A DNA stretch of 63,894 bases, filler included, from Saprolegnia diclina VS20 (Eukaryota), in NCBI RefSeq assembly GCF_000281045.1. It is 8 parts of 4 records of this genome, joined end to end, with 100 filler letters (N's around TTAATTAATTAA, not from the genome) between each part and the next. Parts side by side here need not be neighbours in the genome. Positions count along the whole stretch, not along the records: positions 1 to 11,482 come from NW_008246169.1; positions 11,583 to 22,484 come from NW_008246169.1; 6 more parts are not named here. One strand, given 5' to 3'. The stretch's first letter is position 1. The number at the start of each line of letters is the position of its first letter. This document shows positions 10,856 to 22,584 of this stretch, in pieces. Under the pieces are notes generated by a model. The model searched no databases and was not told the origin of the DNA. It was given only the letters and a program-made list of their open reading frames with translations. The position numbers and the translations under genes are program-made.

Positions 10856-11482
10856 ATGGGCATCTCAATGCGCAGCGCAAGCCTGCCGACGTACCCGGGC
10901 GAGCTCAGCGTCGACTTTTGCAGCCTCCAGGTAGCCGCCGCCGCCGCACCTCGAGCGCTAACCTCGGCGTAGGCCGACACGCTCCAGCGGTACGTCGACT
11001 ACCACCAGCTGCCGCTGCCATCGCCTGCGACCAAAGACGACCTTGCGATCCGCGTCGCCACGTACGCGCTTCTTGCTATCGCCCAAGGCCTCATGCCTCT
11101 CTGTGATGTAGCCATTTCAGCGAGACGGTCCCCATGTTTGAGGACGAGAAGGCGACCATCATGTCCTTTTTGACCTACGTACGTTGCGCAGCGGAATGGA
11201 CGCCTCCCGATGATCATTGCATGCAATTTAGATCCGCGAAGGCCCGCGCGACGCGGCCCGTCGCAGCCGCATCAAGGCCCTTGGCGACGCCAAGCGGCCA
11301 CGGGCAGGTACTCCCGACGACGCCATGACGTCGGGCGAAGATACCTCGAACGACAGCCTTCGGCCAAGTAAGAAGGCAAAGCGCAAGGAAAAGCGATATT
11401 GCATCTGCGACGGCGAGAGCTTTGGCGCGATGATCGCGTGCGACAACAATGCATGCAGCGACCGCTCCAACTGGTATCACAT
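10856..11482 (+). CDS. SAP30 Sin3-binding-like domain fused to ING-type PHD finger (3' end lost in gap)
   Basis: Three short introns give VDFCSLQADTLQRYVDYHQL...KDDLAIRVATHF...DEKATIMSFLTYIR, a basic NLS-like segment, then YCICDGESFGAMIACDNNACSDRSNWYH. Confidence 0.75.
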
Positions 11483-12834
11483 NNNNNNNNNNNNNNNNNN
11501 NNNNNNNNNNNNNNNNNNNNNNNNNNTTAATTAATTAANNNNNNNNNNNNNNNNNNNNNNNNNNNNNNNNNNNNNNNNNNNNGTGTGTGGACTCATTGGT
11601 GTTGGGCAGCGAATGGCAAAGTGGCAGCATGTACAGACGTCGATCACTGGTTGTCCAGCCTCTTGATCGTAGTGACGAAGGACGGTCAATGCTGCAATTC
11701 CATTCGTTCCCTTATCCAAGTCCATGCGTTCCGCGTGGCACGCTTACAAGCATTTTAATAATAGTAGGAGTGGTGCAAGTGTACTTGAAATGCGAATTGA
11801 GACATGCGACTTTTCGCGAGTGCGGTTGTGAATTGGGACAACAACGACCTCCGACAACCCTCGTCGGAGGATGTCGGTGCGATGTTTACTGCTCGTGTAT
11901 ACGATCGCCATCGCCACCAAATTCGCGACCAAGTGCAAGAGTACGGACGTCAACTAAAAATGGTCCGTCTTTTCACAGCTTTTTTGTTGCGTAAGGAGCC
12001 CCACTCCTTCAGTTGGATCGTCGCTTCACAACCACTAGACAAATGTTACAACCGCTGACAAACCAGTGGCAACTGTCGACATCGAAATTCGCTCTTCCGT
12101 AGCTCGTGCAATATGTACTACGTAGTAAACCTTTATAATGCCTTGCAATATTATTTAGCCGCTTAGGAAGCTATGTACACGCTGACGAGAACAAGAGATC
12201 GTCGTGGCGCACTCAATGGTGAGACTGCCTATTCTCTGCAAGGAATCAAATACACCTACTGTAGTTGTGGTCACTCGATTGCTCGGTACTTTGAACGAGC
12301 GTACTAGTACTTAGTTTTTTCTCAGTTTCTTCTACCTCGACGAGCTCCATGCCACGAGACAACTATGCATGCCGCCTGCTGTTGCTGCCAGGATGTCCTT
12401 GCCGTTCAGCAGTTTTGTGCTGGATCCGCATGCCGCCACTGGATTGGCGGAATGTTTTCCGTAGCGCGCGTTTGATTGGCCCGCACATGTAATATTCAGC
12501 CAATAAACCTTTGCGATTTAATACCAGAGCAGTATTAAAACATACAGAGTATGAGATGCCAGAGGCCAAACGAGATCCTGTGGCCACGGCGGTAGACGCT
12601 GTCGAGCTGCACCCGTAGCGAGAGCTCGCAACATACATCGGCTTGGAATCCAGCGTTTCTACTAGCCCAGCGGGCAGCATCGGGCCTTCCCGGGGCACGT
12701 CTCTCTTGTGTGTTTCGAGCCAGTGCACGAGCCAGTGTTTCATATCCTGTTTCGAGCTGAAACAGAATCTCGGAGTATTCGAATTCAAATTCTGTTCCGG
12801 TCGGAACTGGCAGACAGGCAAGCCACACCGAGCG

Positions 12835-14415
12835 ATGAGTGTTGGTTTGTGGGACTCTGTCGACTCGACCTTCCAGGACGACATCCTCGCGTACGCGGGC
12901 CCGCTCACGCAGTACCTCAACGGCCGCCTCATCCTCGACAGCCCGACCGCCGAGCGCGCCGTCATCGCCGAGGCCTACGCCCGCGAGTGGCCCGGCGACC
13001 TCGCGTCTCTGCCCAACGCGTTTGGCATGCGCCACGTCGGCGTGCATGCGATGATCCGCTCCAAGGCCATGCGGTCGCGCTACGAGCGTCTGTACGGTCC
13101 GGTACGTCGCGTGTACCCGTTTGTCGACGCCTACGACCGCTTCGACCCGTGGCGAGAGCCGCTGGAGGAGATCCCGACGGAGTCGCTCGACGACATTGCG
13201 CTGCGCAACTGCTGGGTCGACGACCTCGCGTCGTACGTCTCGTCGCCGATTGCGCTCGCGCTCGTCGCGGCCATTGGCGGCCACGCTACGCTGTTGGCGT
13301 TCACCGGCTCGGACCTCGGCGTCGACCTCGCCAAGCTCGCGTATGCGCCCGCCACATACGACGCGCTCTTGGATTACGTTGCGGGCGAAGGCTACCTTGA
13401 CGTCTTGCAAGTGCTGCACGCCGCCGGAAGCGCACATTGTACGGCGGCGGCCATGGACAAGGCAGCGGTGGCCGGGCACCTCGACGTCGTTTCCTGGCTG
13501 CACGCGCACCGAAGCGAAGGCTGCACGAGCGACGCTTTCGACGCATCCTTGCTGCAGGGCCACGGCGACGTTCTCGCGTTTCTTCAAGCGCATCGGACCG
13601 AAGGGCACTCGCCGCACATAATCGACGTGGCCGTGCGCTCGGGCAAGCTGGACGCCGTAGAGACACTGCACCGTCTCGGGCTCCCGTTCTCGCCGGCGGC
13701 CATGGACGTTGCCGCCGCCTGTGGCCACGCCGACATTGTGACCTTTTTGCATATGAAGCGCAGTGACGGATGCAGCGTCGCGGCCATGGACAGCGCTGCG
13801 CGCCACGGCCATTTGCGGATTGTTCAGTTTCTGCATACGCACCGGCACGAAGGCTGCTCGACGGCTGCGCTCGACGGCGCCGCGTTTAACAACCATTTGG
13901 ACGTCGTGCAGTATCTCCATCGGCACCGGCGTGAAGGCGGCACCGCCCACGGTATGGACCGAGCGGCCCACCGCGGCCATGCCACCATGGTTGAGTACCT
14001 ACACCGGCACCGGAGCGAAGGCTGCACGACGCGCGCGGTCGACTGGGCAGCGTCGTCGGGCCACCTCGACGTCGTTGATTTTCTAACGCGCCATCGAACC
14101 GAAGGGTTTACGTACAAGGCGGTGCTCTGGGCCGCGACCAAAGGCCACAAAGACGTGGTCCGACTCCTCGGCCAGCTCGATGCACCGCAGTACGACCGCG
14201 TTCGCCGGGCGATCGCCGAGGCCAAGGTCGCAATGCGGCACGACAAGGCGAGCTACCTCCAGGAAGTGACGGGCGTCGTTGGCGCCGACGACGATATTAT
14301 GCGCTTCGGTGTCCTCTTGCGGCAACCAGACGACGACGACTACAGTGATTGGGACGCCGATCAGATCGACGACGACTTGGGTAGTTTTGAGCACGAGCTG
14401 CGGCTCGGTGTTTAA
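12835..14415 (+). CDS. Intronless ankyrin-repeat protein (526 aa), oomycete 'EGCT-AMD-AA-GHL' type
   Basis: Repeated AMDxAAxxGHLDVVxFLHxHRxEGC units; acidic C-terminus. Confidence 0.9.
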   Translation: MSVGLWDSVDSTFQDDILAYAGPLTQYLNGRLILDSPTAERAVIAEAYAREWPGDLASLPNAFGMRHVGVHAMIRSKAMRSRYERLYGPVRRVYPFVDAYDRFDPWREPLEEIPTESLDDIALRNCWVDDLASYVSSPIALALVAAIGGHATLLAFTGSDLGVDLAKLAYAPATYDALLDYVAGEGYLDVLQVLHAAGSAHCTAAAMDKAAVAGHLDVVSWLHAHRSEGCTSDAFDASLLQGHGDVLAFLQAHRTEGHSPHIIDVAVRSGKLDAVETLHRLGLPFSPAAMDVAAACGHADIVTFLHMKRSDGCSVAAMDSAARHGHLRIVQFLHTHRHEGCSTAALDGAAFNNHLDVVQYLHRHRREGGTAHGMDRAAHRGHATMVEYLHRHRSEGCTTRAVDWAASSGHLDVVDFLTRHRTEGFTYKAVLWAATKGHKDVVRLLGQLDAPQYDRVRRAIAEAKVAMRHDKASYLQEVTGVVGADDDIMRFGVLLRQPDDDDYSDWDADQIDDDLGSFEHELRLGV

Positions 14416-15316
14416 GAGTTGCGAGTGTGAAAAGTCTGTGTAAAAAGTCTTTTGTGTGTGAAAAGACCAAGATGAAGCAGGATTTAGAGGTAGCAGACCA
14501 CCAACGTCGCGATGAAATGAGCAGAAAACGAATTGCATCGAGCAAACGCCAAGGACAGCGTCGGCATCCTGACTGGCGTAAAGTGTCGGTGGCCGCTGAC
14601 GCGCGCCATAACGTTGTTGTTGGAGGTGCAGAGACCAAGGGGAAGGGAAACGTGAGCTTTAAGTGCGCGAGCTCGGAGCACTCTCGCAGGCTTTGTGATG
14701 GCATGCATAAACAAGCGACCACGAGGACGTGGTGGAGCTAGCGATCGCTCGGCTGGGAAGAATGGGTCAGATGGCGGTGGCAAGGAGAGGCGCTTTGACC
14801 AGAGCAACGGTTCATCAGTATAAACCACCAAGCAGTTTGCACCAAATATCTGAAATGCAGGCGATCGTCGATCAGGACCAGACACCCGACTGCATCATAA
14901 GCCGGCATCGCAATCATGGGAGGAGGGCTCATGGGAGGAGGGCTATCGAAGGAGCCAACTCGGATAGAGCTCTACTAGTACAAAGTTAACAGTCTAGTTC
15001 CTTTGACTCTACCGCTCGCTCACCAATGCAATTGCGTGCGTCCACCGCGCCAACCGGCGCCAACAACTCATCGGGCGAATTTCAATTTTATTTTCCTCGC
15101 AACGTAATAGAATACTAAATCCTTGATCTAGATACAAACCTACTGTTTAGATACATCAATTGTATTAAAATATCGTGCGCATCAAGGTTACGGATGCGTG
15201 ACGCGCTTGTGTCATCGTGCTACACACGGTGGCAGCTGTCGCGGCCGCACGCAACCGCGACAACTGCGATCGTCACGACCATTTCCTGAGATTGCACTTG
15301 GCGGCCAGACCACGAT

Positions 15317-17463
15317 ATGATCACGTCGCCGGCATCGAGTTTGCCGCGGCCGGTCGCGCCGTCGGGCCACCGGCGCCAGCCGCTGCCGACGACTCGGTGC
15401 GCAGCGCCGGCAACTGCCATTGTTTCGATGTCTTCCCACACCGGCGGGACCGCGCCGCTGAGCCCCGAGTGCCAGGCCGTCGCACTTGGCTCGCCGGTGC
15501 GCGACGCACCCTTGAAGGTCATTGATACGACCTCAATCCACGAAACGATGGCGCTGCCTCGCCACGGTCGTTCGTCGACGACCGACGTGACGCTGCTCGC
15601 GCACCTCCGTCGACGCGCTATCCAAACACCCGATCGCGTCTGCTACCTCTTTGTCGACGACGACGGCAGCGAAGTCCGGTCGCTCACGTACGCCAACGTC
15701 GACGCCGAGGCCCGTCGCATCGCCAGTGTCCTCCAACACCAGTCCAAGACGTCGCCGTTCACACCTGGCGACCGTGTCCTGCTCTGCTTCCCGCCCGGTG
15801 CCGACTTTACCTTGGCGTTCTGGGGGTGTCTCTACGCCGGTGCGGTCGCCTGCGCCGTGCCCCCGCCCGACCCGCTTTTCTTGTCGCGGGACCTGGTGCA
15901 ATTCCGGCGCATGGTCGACGAATCTGGCGCGTCGCTCGTCTTGACCAACGCGTTGTACCGGCGGCAGAGTCAACGCGACACGCTCTCGGCGCGACTGCGC
16001 ACCCGGCGTGGTGTCGAGTGGCCGAAACATGTGCACTGGATCTGCACCGACACGACCAAGTCGATTTTCTCCAAACCGACCTTTCACAGCACCTACTATG
16101 CAAGTGTTTCGGACCGCGACGTTGCCTATCTCCAGTGCACATCGGGGGTCACGGGCGATCCCAAGCTCGTCGTTGTGACGCATGGCAACCTTCTCGCGCA
16201 AGCGATGCGATGGGCGACCGTGCAGGACGGCGACACGGTCTTCTCGTGGCTGCCTCAAGTTGACAGCAACGGCCTCGTCGGCTTCAACCTCGCACCAGTG
16301 TACGCCGGTGTTCGCTCGGTGCAGATGCCGCCAACTGGGTTCTTCAAGACGCCGTCGCTTTGGATGGCGCTCTGTTCCAAGTACAAGGCATCCATGACGT
16401 GCGCGCCCAACGCTGCGTACCGCGTGGCCGCCACCAAGACGCCGGATGCCGTCGCTGCTGGCATCGATCTCAGCGCACTGCAGCACGCGATCGTTTTGGG
16501 CGGTGCGATTCGCGGCGACTGCCTCAAGCAATTCGCCAAGCGCTTTGCCGTTGGTGGCTTTCGACCGCACCAGCTGCACTGTACGTGATCTTGGCCTCCT
16601 GCCCGTTGCTCATGTATGCATGGGATCTAGGTGCATATGGGACTGCCGAGACAACGACGCTGGTCTGCGGCTATGACGCGGACGACCGAAGCGCACCTCG
16701 CAGCCTTCTCGTCGACAAGCACGTCCTGGAAACGAATGGCCGAGTCCAGTTGTTGCGCACAGATGACCCGCGCCGAACGTCGGGCTCTGGCACACAACTG
16801 CTCATGGCCTGCGGACGCCCATTTCCCGGTGTCGAGCTGCGTATCGTCGACACGTTGGCGCGAAAAGCGTTGCCTGAAGGGTACGTCGGCGAAATCTGGG
16901 TCCGCAGTGACGGCGTCGGCGACGGCTACTGGCAGCAGTGGGACCGCACGCGGCATCAGTTCCAGGCGACCTTGGCGGCCGACGATCAACACTACTACCG
17001 GACATCGGATACGGGCTTTGTGCACAACGGCGAGCTCTTTGTTTACGCCCGGCGCGATGAGATTGCGGTCGTCGATGGCCGCCGCCTCAGTCTCCCAGCG
17101 ATCGCGCGCAGCGTCGAAGCCGCGTCGGCGCACATCTCGTGCGACGGTGTCTTTGCCTTTGGGTTTGCCGATACGATCGTCGTCGTGGCTGAACTCGACG
17201 ACGTTTGGACGTCAGCCGACGACAAGGTGACGCTGGGGGCGATTTCGAAAGCCATCTTTCGACATCTCACAGCCGACCACGGCGTCGCACACATCAAAGC
17301 GATCTTGGTCGCACCGGCGTCGCTGCCCCGAACGAGCAGCGGGTTGCTGCTCCGAGCGGCGGCGAAAAAACAGCTCGAGCTCCACACTCTCCCAAAGCAG
17401 TTTGTGGCGTACAACCACAACCCTGAAGCCCACTTGCGCGAGAGTTTTTTGCGAATCGACTAG
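15317..17463 (+). CDS. Fatty acyl-AMP ligase-like adenylation enzyme with degenerate motifs (intron 16581-16630; start could be 15428 or 15548)
   Basis: YLQCTSGVTGDPK, SWLP, APNAAY, AYGTAE, FAAL-type insertion before CGRP, VGEIWV, YRTSDTGF, LPRTSSG. Confidence 0.85.
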
Positions 17464-17759
17464 TCTAGGAATGTTAGCAGTTTATTTCTTATAATTGTCG
17501 AGCTAAGAGTAGCACATATGGGGTTTGAACGTAGAGCACAATCTCGTACTCGCGACGTAGGGTTGTCGCGTCACATGCGTCGATCGAAAGTCCACAAGAG
17601 CGGTTTTGCTCGCTGTGTAGCATCGTGTTACGTGATCAAACGATGGGCGAAAAGGCCGACCTGAGGATAGTTGTCTTTTTTACGGTGCGCGCCGAAGCAC
17701 ACAGCTAGTTGCATCACATTGCTGCTCGAACGCAGTCAGAATTGTGGGCCGCCCAGTAG

Positions 17760-17970
17760 GCATGTTTGATTGGCTGAAATATTTTGTTTTTGGCCAATCA
17801 CAGGTGATGCTTCTCCACAGCAGGCGCTGCTCGATGGACCGACCGCTTTTGAGGCCCCAATCAAGTTTGAAACGAAATCGCTATAACTTGGCACAGAGAT
17901 AAAAGACACTTTGGAGAGCACGTTGCGCAATGTCGCATTGTCAGACGAGCAGTACAGCACGAGAAATCGA
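17760..17970 (+). repeat. Dispersed ~200-bp non-coding repeat, copy A (probably DNA-transposon derived)
   Basis: Core ccaatcaagtttgaaac...cttggcacag...gacactttggagag recurs at 28483-28610 (-), 35647-35853 (-), 60815-60870 and 61052-61106. Confidence 0.8.
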
Positions 17971-18431
17971 CCATATTGTTCAATATGGCATATGCCACTT
18001 ATAACCAGATATACATATTAAAACGGACTATTCGTGGCATATGCCATGCACTCATCGGCGAAAGCAGCTCGAATGTTGCGTTCACAAGGCCATCGACCAA
18101 ATGATTACAGCATAATTCGATGTCCAGAATAGCTATTCACTGTCGCTTGCTCTACCGCCACGCCTTTTTGCATGTAGTACTGGAGTTAGGTGGCAACCAG
18201 GGAAACACGCACCGGTATGACCAAAACACTGTTTTATTCCCTTGGGTACAATCCACGGGTGCTTCAAGAGACATACTAGGATCCTCCTTCGAGTCTATTA
18301 TCAGCAGCGAATCACGTTCAATAAACTCTCCAACGGCCGTCTCCACAGCGCCATTTTCACGAACGGCTCGGCGCCAATTAGACAGACCGGCACCCGTCAG
18401 TTCGACACATTTGTCAAGTCCAGCTAGCGCC

Positions 18432-21098
18432 ATGCCTGCGGGTACGACGTATGTGGTTCGCTCGTCGCGCTTTAGCACGAGCAAACCTCCCGTCGTCCAA
18501 CCCGCCACGGAGCCTCCGGCGATCGCGATCCCAACGCTCGCCCGCCTTACCAAATGGCAGCACTTTGCTAGGTTTTGCTTTGTCATTGGCTGCCTCTGGA
18601 ACGCCGCCGCGCCGCTCAAAGCGTGGTTCCTCTCGCGCTACGGCTTTGTGCCGACAACGACAACGACGATCGTGAATCTCAACTGGGACACGGTGCTCAA
18701 CGGCAAGTTCCTCACGCAACTCTACACCAACGCCGGCATTCCACTATCGAAGCCCCTCACTGCGACGCGCTACCTCAATGTCTTTACGGACTTCAAGATT
18801 CTTCCGCGCTCGATTGCGACGTGGGCAGGATCGTACGCTGGCACCGAGACCGTGTACCAGATGGACTTGGACGGACGACCGCTGCGTCGGTCGCTCGACG
18901 GTGCCGCCGAAGTCGCCGCGTTCAACGCCGCACTGCCCGCGTTCACCACGAGCGGCTTCAACCTCTGGGGCGCCGAGCGCATCTACAGCTACGTTCCGCC
19001 CACCACCGCATTTGGGAGTCTCCAGGACGTGGCCGAGGCCGTGCTGTGCCTCAAAGGCATGTCGCTCGAGACGTTTGTGAACGTCCAGTACAAGTCGTCG
19101 CTCAACCCGCTCACATCCCCGAGCGACGCCGCCGCCATGGCCATGTGGCGCACGCAGTTGTTTCCGCATCTGACGTCGTGCTTGGCGCGCCGGGCGACGC
19201 TGATCGCATCGGCGGCGACACCGGCGGCCGGTGTCGTCGCACTCGCCAAGGAATTGGCATCGACGTACAACTTGAGCTTGGCGAATATCGCGGGCACCAA
19301 GCAACTGTTTGCGCCAACGACGTTTCTCGACGGCTTTATCGACATCTCGGGGCAGAGCTCGGGCGCCGCCACCTACGAGATCAGCGGCCGCGACCTCTTC
19401 GCCACGGCGCTCGGCGGCAGCGGCTACATCAACTCGATCTTTGCACCGCGCGAGACGGCGTGGTGGTGCTCGATCCAGTACGTGGACCCCGCGACGAACG
19501 CTCCGAACCGAACGCAGTGTTTCGAGCGCATGGCTGTCTCTTTGCCGGCGTTCTTTGTCGGCAAGTACATTGCACTGAACTCGGGCTCACGGTATATCGA
19601 CAACGCCGACGTTGTTCCCAGCACAACGATTGGCAATTTGCAGTCGTACCACTACAAGCACCACGACGTGCAGCCGCTGACGTCTGTTCACTTGGCAACA
19701 CTGGGCAACCGCACGACGTGGGCGGCGTTGATACCGGAGGTGATTGCGACCGTCGCGCAGAAACCAGTCGACACGAGCGATGCGATCGAAGAACTCTGTT
19801 TTGTCGGTGACGGATGCTTTGCTGCGTGTCTGAACGAGACGGCGAGCGGCGGGACCACGTACACCTACCGACGTGGCGGCGAGTGCGTCACGACGATCGA
19901 CACCGTTACCGTGTCGCTGAACGAGTTGTACGTCGACCTGGCGTGCCTCGGCCTCGGCACTGGCACGTCGCATGTTCGAGTGACCTATATCAACAGCGCC
20001 GGCATCCGATCGACGCGCGTTGCGTCAACGGCCGCGTCCCCGATGGCGATCTTGGCGTGTATCGTTGGCGGGCGTATTCCGAATGGCGACTCTTTCCCAT
20101 CCAACTTTATCGATATGGTGTCCCGGGGCACCGAAGTCTCATTGGTCGTCACGTCGTCCAATGGCAGCGAAGCCATCATGCTCAACTTCATTGCGCTCAT
20201 CTCGCTCCTCGGCTACATCTTTTATTTGCTTTGGATCGTTCTGTATCTGGTGAAAACCGATGCGTGGATCCGGCGTCTTCCGCCCACGGAACACAAGATG
20301 CAGCTGCGCTTCTCGATGGCCAAGTGCAATGTGAGCAGCGTTGTCTGGATGATCCACCGCAATTCGATGCGCATCACGGGCTTTCTGGGGCTTGTCGCAT
20401 GGCACGTCGGTGCGAGCGACTGCCACTGCAACTGGAATTCGTCGAGCGATGTTCGCATCGACCCGATCTACGGCTGCAGCAACGATCCGACGGGTCACTT
20501 TCGCAACTTTAGCGAGTGGATTCGCCTTCTCTCGTACGCGTGGGTCTTTTTCGCGCTGGTGTACATGGACCTCATGCCCGGGATTGGCTCCAACTTGAAG
20601 GGGTATGCGACCGCTGTCATCATGCTGAGCCTCTTGCCGCTCGCGCTCTGGGCGTACGTGATTGGCGAGCTCTGGCGACTCCGTGCGCAATGGAGCTGGC
20701 TGACATGGATGCACAGCCAGCTCTTTTTGATTCTCTTTTGGCTCGCGGTGTGCGTCACCATGCGCAGCCGCGTCACCTTGCCCTACATGCGCCTTGTCGA
20801 CTGGTGTCTCTACCGCATCGGCATGCGCAAGCAGTCGATTGACCGCAAAAGCCCGTTTCGAACACTAATTGGGACGCACTTTTGGACGCCCGCAGCGCTC
20901 TTTCGACCCGAAGACATTGCGTACGTCCCTATGAGCGTGCTCCTGAAGACCAAGGGCATCGTTTTGGAAAATATTGTCGACCATACGTACTTTACCTATG
21001 GCGTCGACACCGATCTCGATGACGAGTCGAGGAAGCCACGAACGCACCCCGACTGGGTCCTTGCGCAACCCGAATACTACGTGTGTGTCGCGACATGA
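18432..21098 (+). CDS. Large oomycete multi-pass membrane protein of unknown function (888 aa)
   Basis: Intronless ORF; one N-terminal hydrophobic helix, long Cys-containing ectodomain, about five C-terminal TM segments. Confidence 0.85.
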   Translation: MPAGTTYVVRSSRFSTSKPPVVQPATEPPAIAIPTLARLTKWQHFARFCFVIGCLWNAAAPLKAWFLSRYGFVPTTTTTIVNLNWDTVLNGKFLTQLYTNAGIPLSKPLTATRYLNVFTDFKILPRSIATWAGSYAGTETVYQMDLDGRPLRRSLDGAAEVAAFNAALPAFTTSGFNLWGAERIYSYVPPTTAFGSLQDVAEAVLCLKGMSLETFVNVQYKSSLNPLTSPSDAAAMAMWRTQLFPHLTSCLARRATLIASAATPAAGVVALAKELASTYNLSLANIAGTKQLFAPTTFLDGFIDISGQSSGAATYEISGRDLFATALGGSGYINSIFAPRETAWWCSIQYVDPATNAPNRTQCFERMAVSLPAFFVGKYIALNSGSRYIDNADVVPSTTIGNLQSYHYKHHDVQPLTSVHLATLGNRTTWAALIPEVIATVAQKPVDTSDAIEELCFVGDGCFAACLNETASGGTTYTYRRGGECVTTIDTVTVSLNELYVDLACLGLGTGTSHVRVTYINSAGIRSTRVASTAASPMAILACIVGGRIPNGDSFPSNFIDMVSRGTEVSLVVTSSNGSEAIMLNFIALISLLGYIFYLLWIVLYLVKTDAWIRRLPPTEHKMQLRFSMAKCNVSSVVWMIHRNSMRITGFLGLVAWHVGASDCHCNWNSSSDVRIDPIYGCSNDPTGHFRNFSEWIRLLSYAWVFFALVYMDLMPGIGSNLKGYATAVIMLSLLPLALWAYVIGELWRLRAQWSWLTWMHSQLFLILFWLAVCVTMRSRVTLPYMRLVDWCLYRIGMRKQSIDRKSPFRTLIGTHFWTPAALFRPEDIAYVPMSVLLKTKGIVLENIVDHTYFTYGVDTDLDDESRKPRTHPDWVLAQPEYYVCVAT

Positions 21099-21348
21099 CA
21101 CGTTCGTTGTATTAGCGACATGTCCTTTTATAGTCCTTTATATATATATATATCCGAATATCGATGCAACTGGTGGCACACGATTCTCGTCGAAGTACGT
21201 AGTGGTTGTGCACAGTGGCAAAGATGCTGTTGATTAAAACACAAAAGCAGTACATTGTGTCATGGCTATCCTATTTCCATACATTGAAAATTGGGTACGT
21301 TCGTGCATTTTCGCTTGATAAATTGATATATATCTTCATAATTCCACA

Positions 21349-22065
21349 CACGCACGTTCGGTACGTTACTTTGGACTATTGCGAGGCGCAACGCCAGTAC
21401 CACACTCGACGCCACCACGCACTCCGAGCTCGTGTCTTCGAGTCGCTCGTGCAGCAACACGGCAAGCACGCTGTTCTCGACCCGGTGTGCCACATGACCT
21501 CGCTTGCGGGGGTCGCGTACTTTGATGGCGCGGCTCGGAAAGACCCGCATTGTGGCGGTAGTGGCTCGCTCGTCTTTTTGATCGAGTCGCCCCAGAACGT
21601 GGTGTACCAAGCCAACTACCTTGATGCCGCGACAACGAACAACGAGGCCGAGTACGACGGTCTGATCACGGCGCTCCAGCTAGCTCAGCGACTGGCAGTG
21701 ACGCATCTCACGGTGCGCGGCGACAGCATGCTGCTGATGCAGCAGATGAAGGGCATCTACCGGGTCCAAGAGGCCCGTTTGCAGAAGCTGCATGTCCAGG
21801 CGCGGGAGCTCGCGGCATGTTTTACGTGCACATGGGAACACCACCCTCGCGAGTTCAACCAAGCCACGGATCATTTGTCCAAGCTCGCACCCGACGACTG
21901 CACCTCGTACGCGCATCCCGACGACGGACGGCACGATGTACTGCCGGCCGAGGAACTCCTGCACGTTGAAGAGCTTCTGGCCGCCGACGTTCAACACACA
22001 ACTAGTACGTAAGTCTTAGTAGGTGGAGTCTTTAGTCTGTATAAAGATTTCAATCCATATCATCA
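21349..22065 (+). mobile_element. 5'-truncated non-LTR retroelement end encoding archaeal-type RNase HI (ORF part 21494-22012)
   Basis: YFDGAAR, TNNEAEY, VRGDS, HPREFNQATD (all four acidic residues); (CAT)n-like tail; flanked by 13-bp tcataattccaca at 21336-21348 and 22066-22078. Confidence 0.75.
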
Positions 22066-22484
22066 TCATAATTCCACAAAGACTTCGCATACGTAGAGAC
22101 TAGCAATCTCCTTCTTCTTCATTCGCTCGCCGGGCCGTGGCTCTTCTGTCGGTACCCTACGACGCTTGTGGCCGCGGGTGAGGCACGGAACGACACGGTC
22201 GGTAAAATCTGTCCAGGCGTCGCGGTCGGCGGCAAAGCTACGCAGTTTGTCCAGGTCCTCGGGAGTTGCCAGCGATTGAGGTGGCGTCAGCGACTGGAGG
22301 TCGCGTTGCAGGACGATCGGTAGCGTGATCTTGGTGCGCCCTAAGAAACGGCACCTTGGATGGGGCAAAGAAGCAGTCCGCAGCCACGTTGGCCGGAACG
22401 TCGCGACCCAGGCGCAGCACGTGGCCTCGGAGGCGCCAACGCTGGCGGAATGCGAAGTAGTTTGCTAATCTGATGCGATCCATA
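22066..22484 (-). mobile_element. RTE-clade LINE ORF C-terminus and 3' UTR (frameshifted, runs into gap)
   Basis: RQRWRLRGHVLRL...GRTKITL...DL...AADRDAW, typical RTE ORF end; its (TA)n tail lies at 21326-21348. Confidence 0.75.
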
Positions 22485-22584
22485 NNNNNNNNNNNNNNNN
22501 NNNNNNNNNNNNNNNNNNNNNNNNNNNNTTAATTAATTAANNNNNNNNNNNNNNNNNNNNNNNNNNNNNNNNNNNNNNNNNNNN

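Noticed and set aside
11583..12060. Possible continuation of the PHD gene after the gap
   Set aside because: Could not find the expected W-x-C-x-x-C end or a convincing frame
12535..13980. 481-aa minus-strand ORF and similar long antisense ORFs (15533-16579, 50822-51913)
   Set aside because: Shadows of GC-rich genes on the opposite strand; no motifs
14916..14946. atgggaggagggct duplicated in tandem
   Set aside because: Simple two-unit slippage with no further structure
21206..21493. N-terminal extension of the RNase H ORF as a host gene
   Set aside because: Runs through AT-rich flank, RTE tail and TSD
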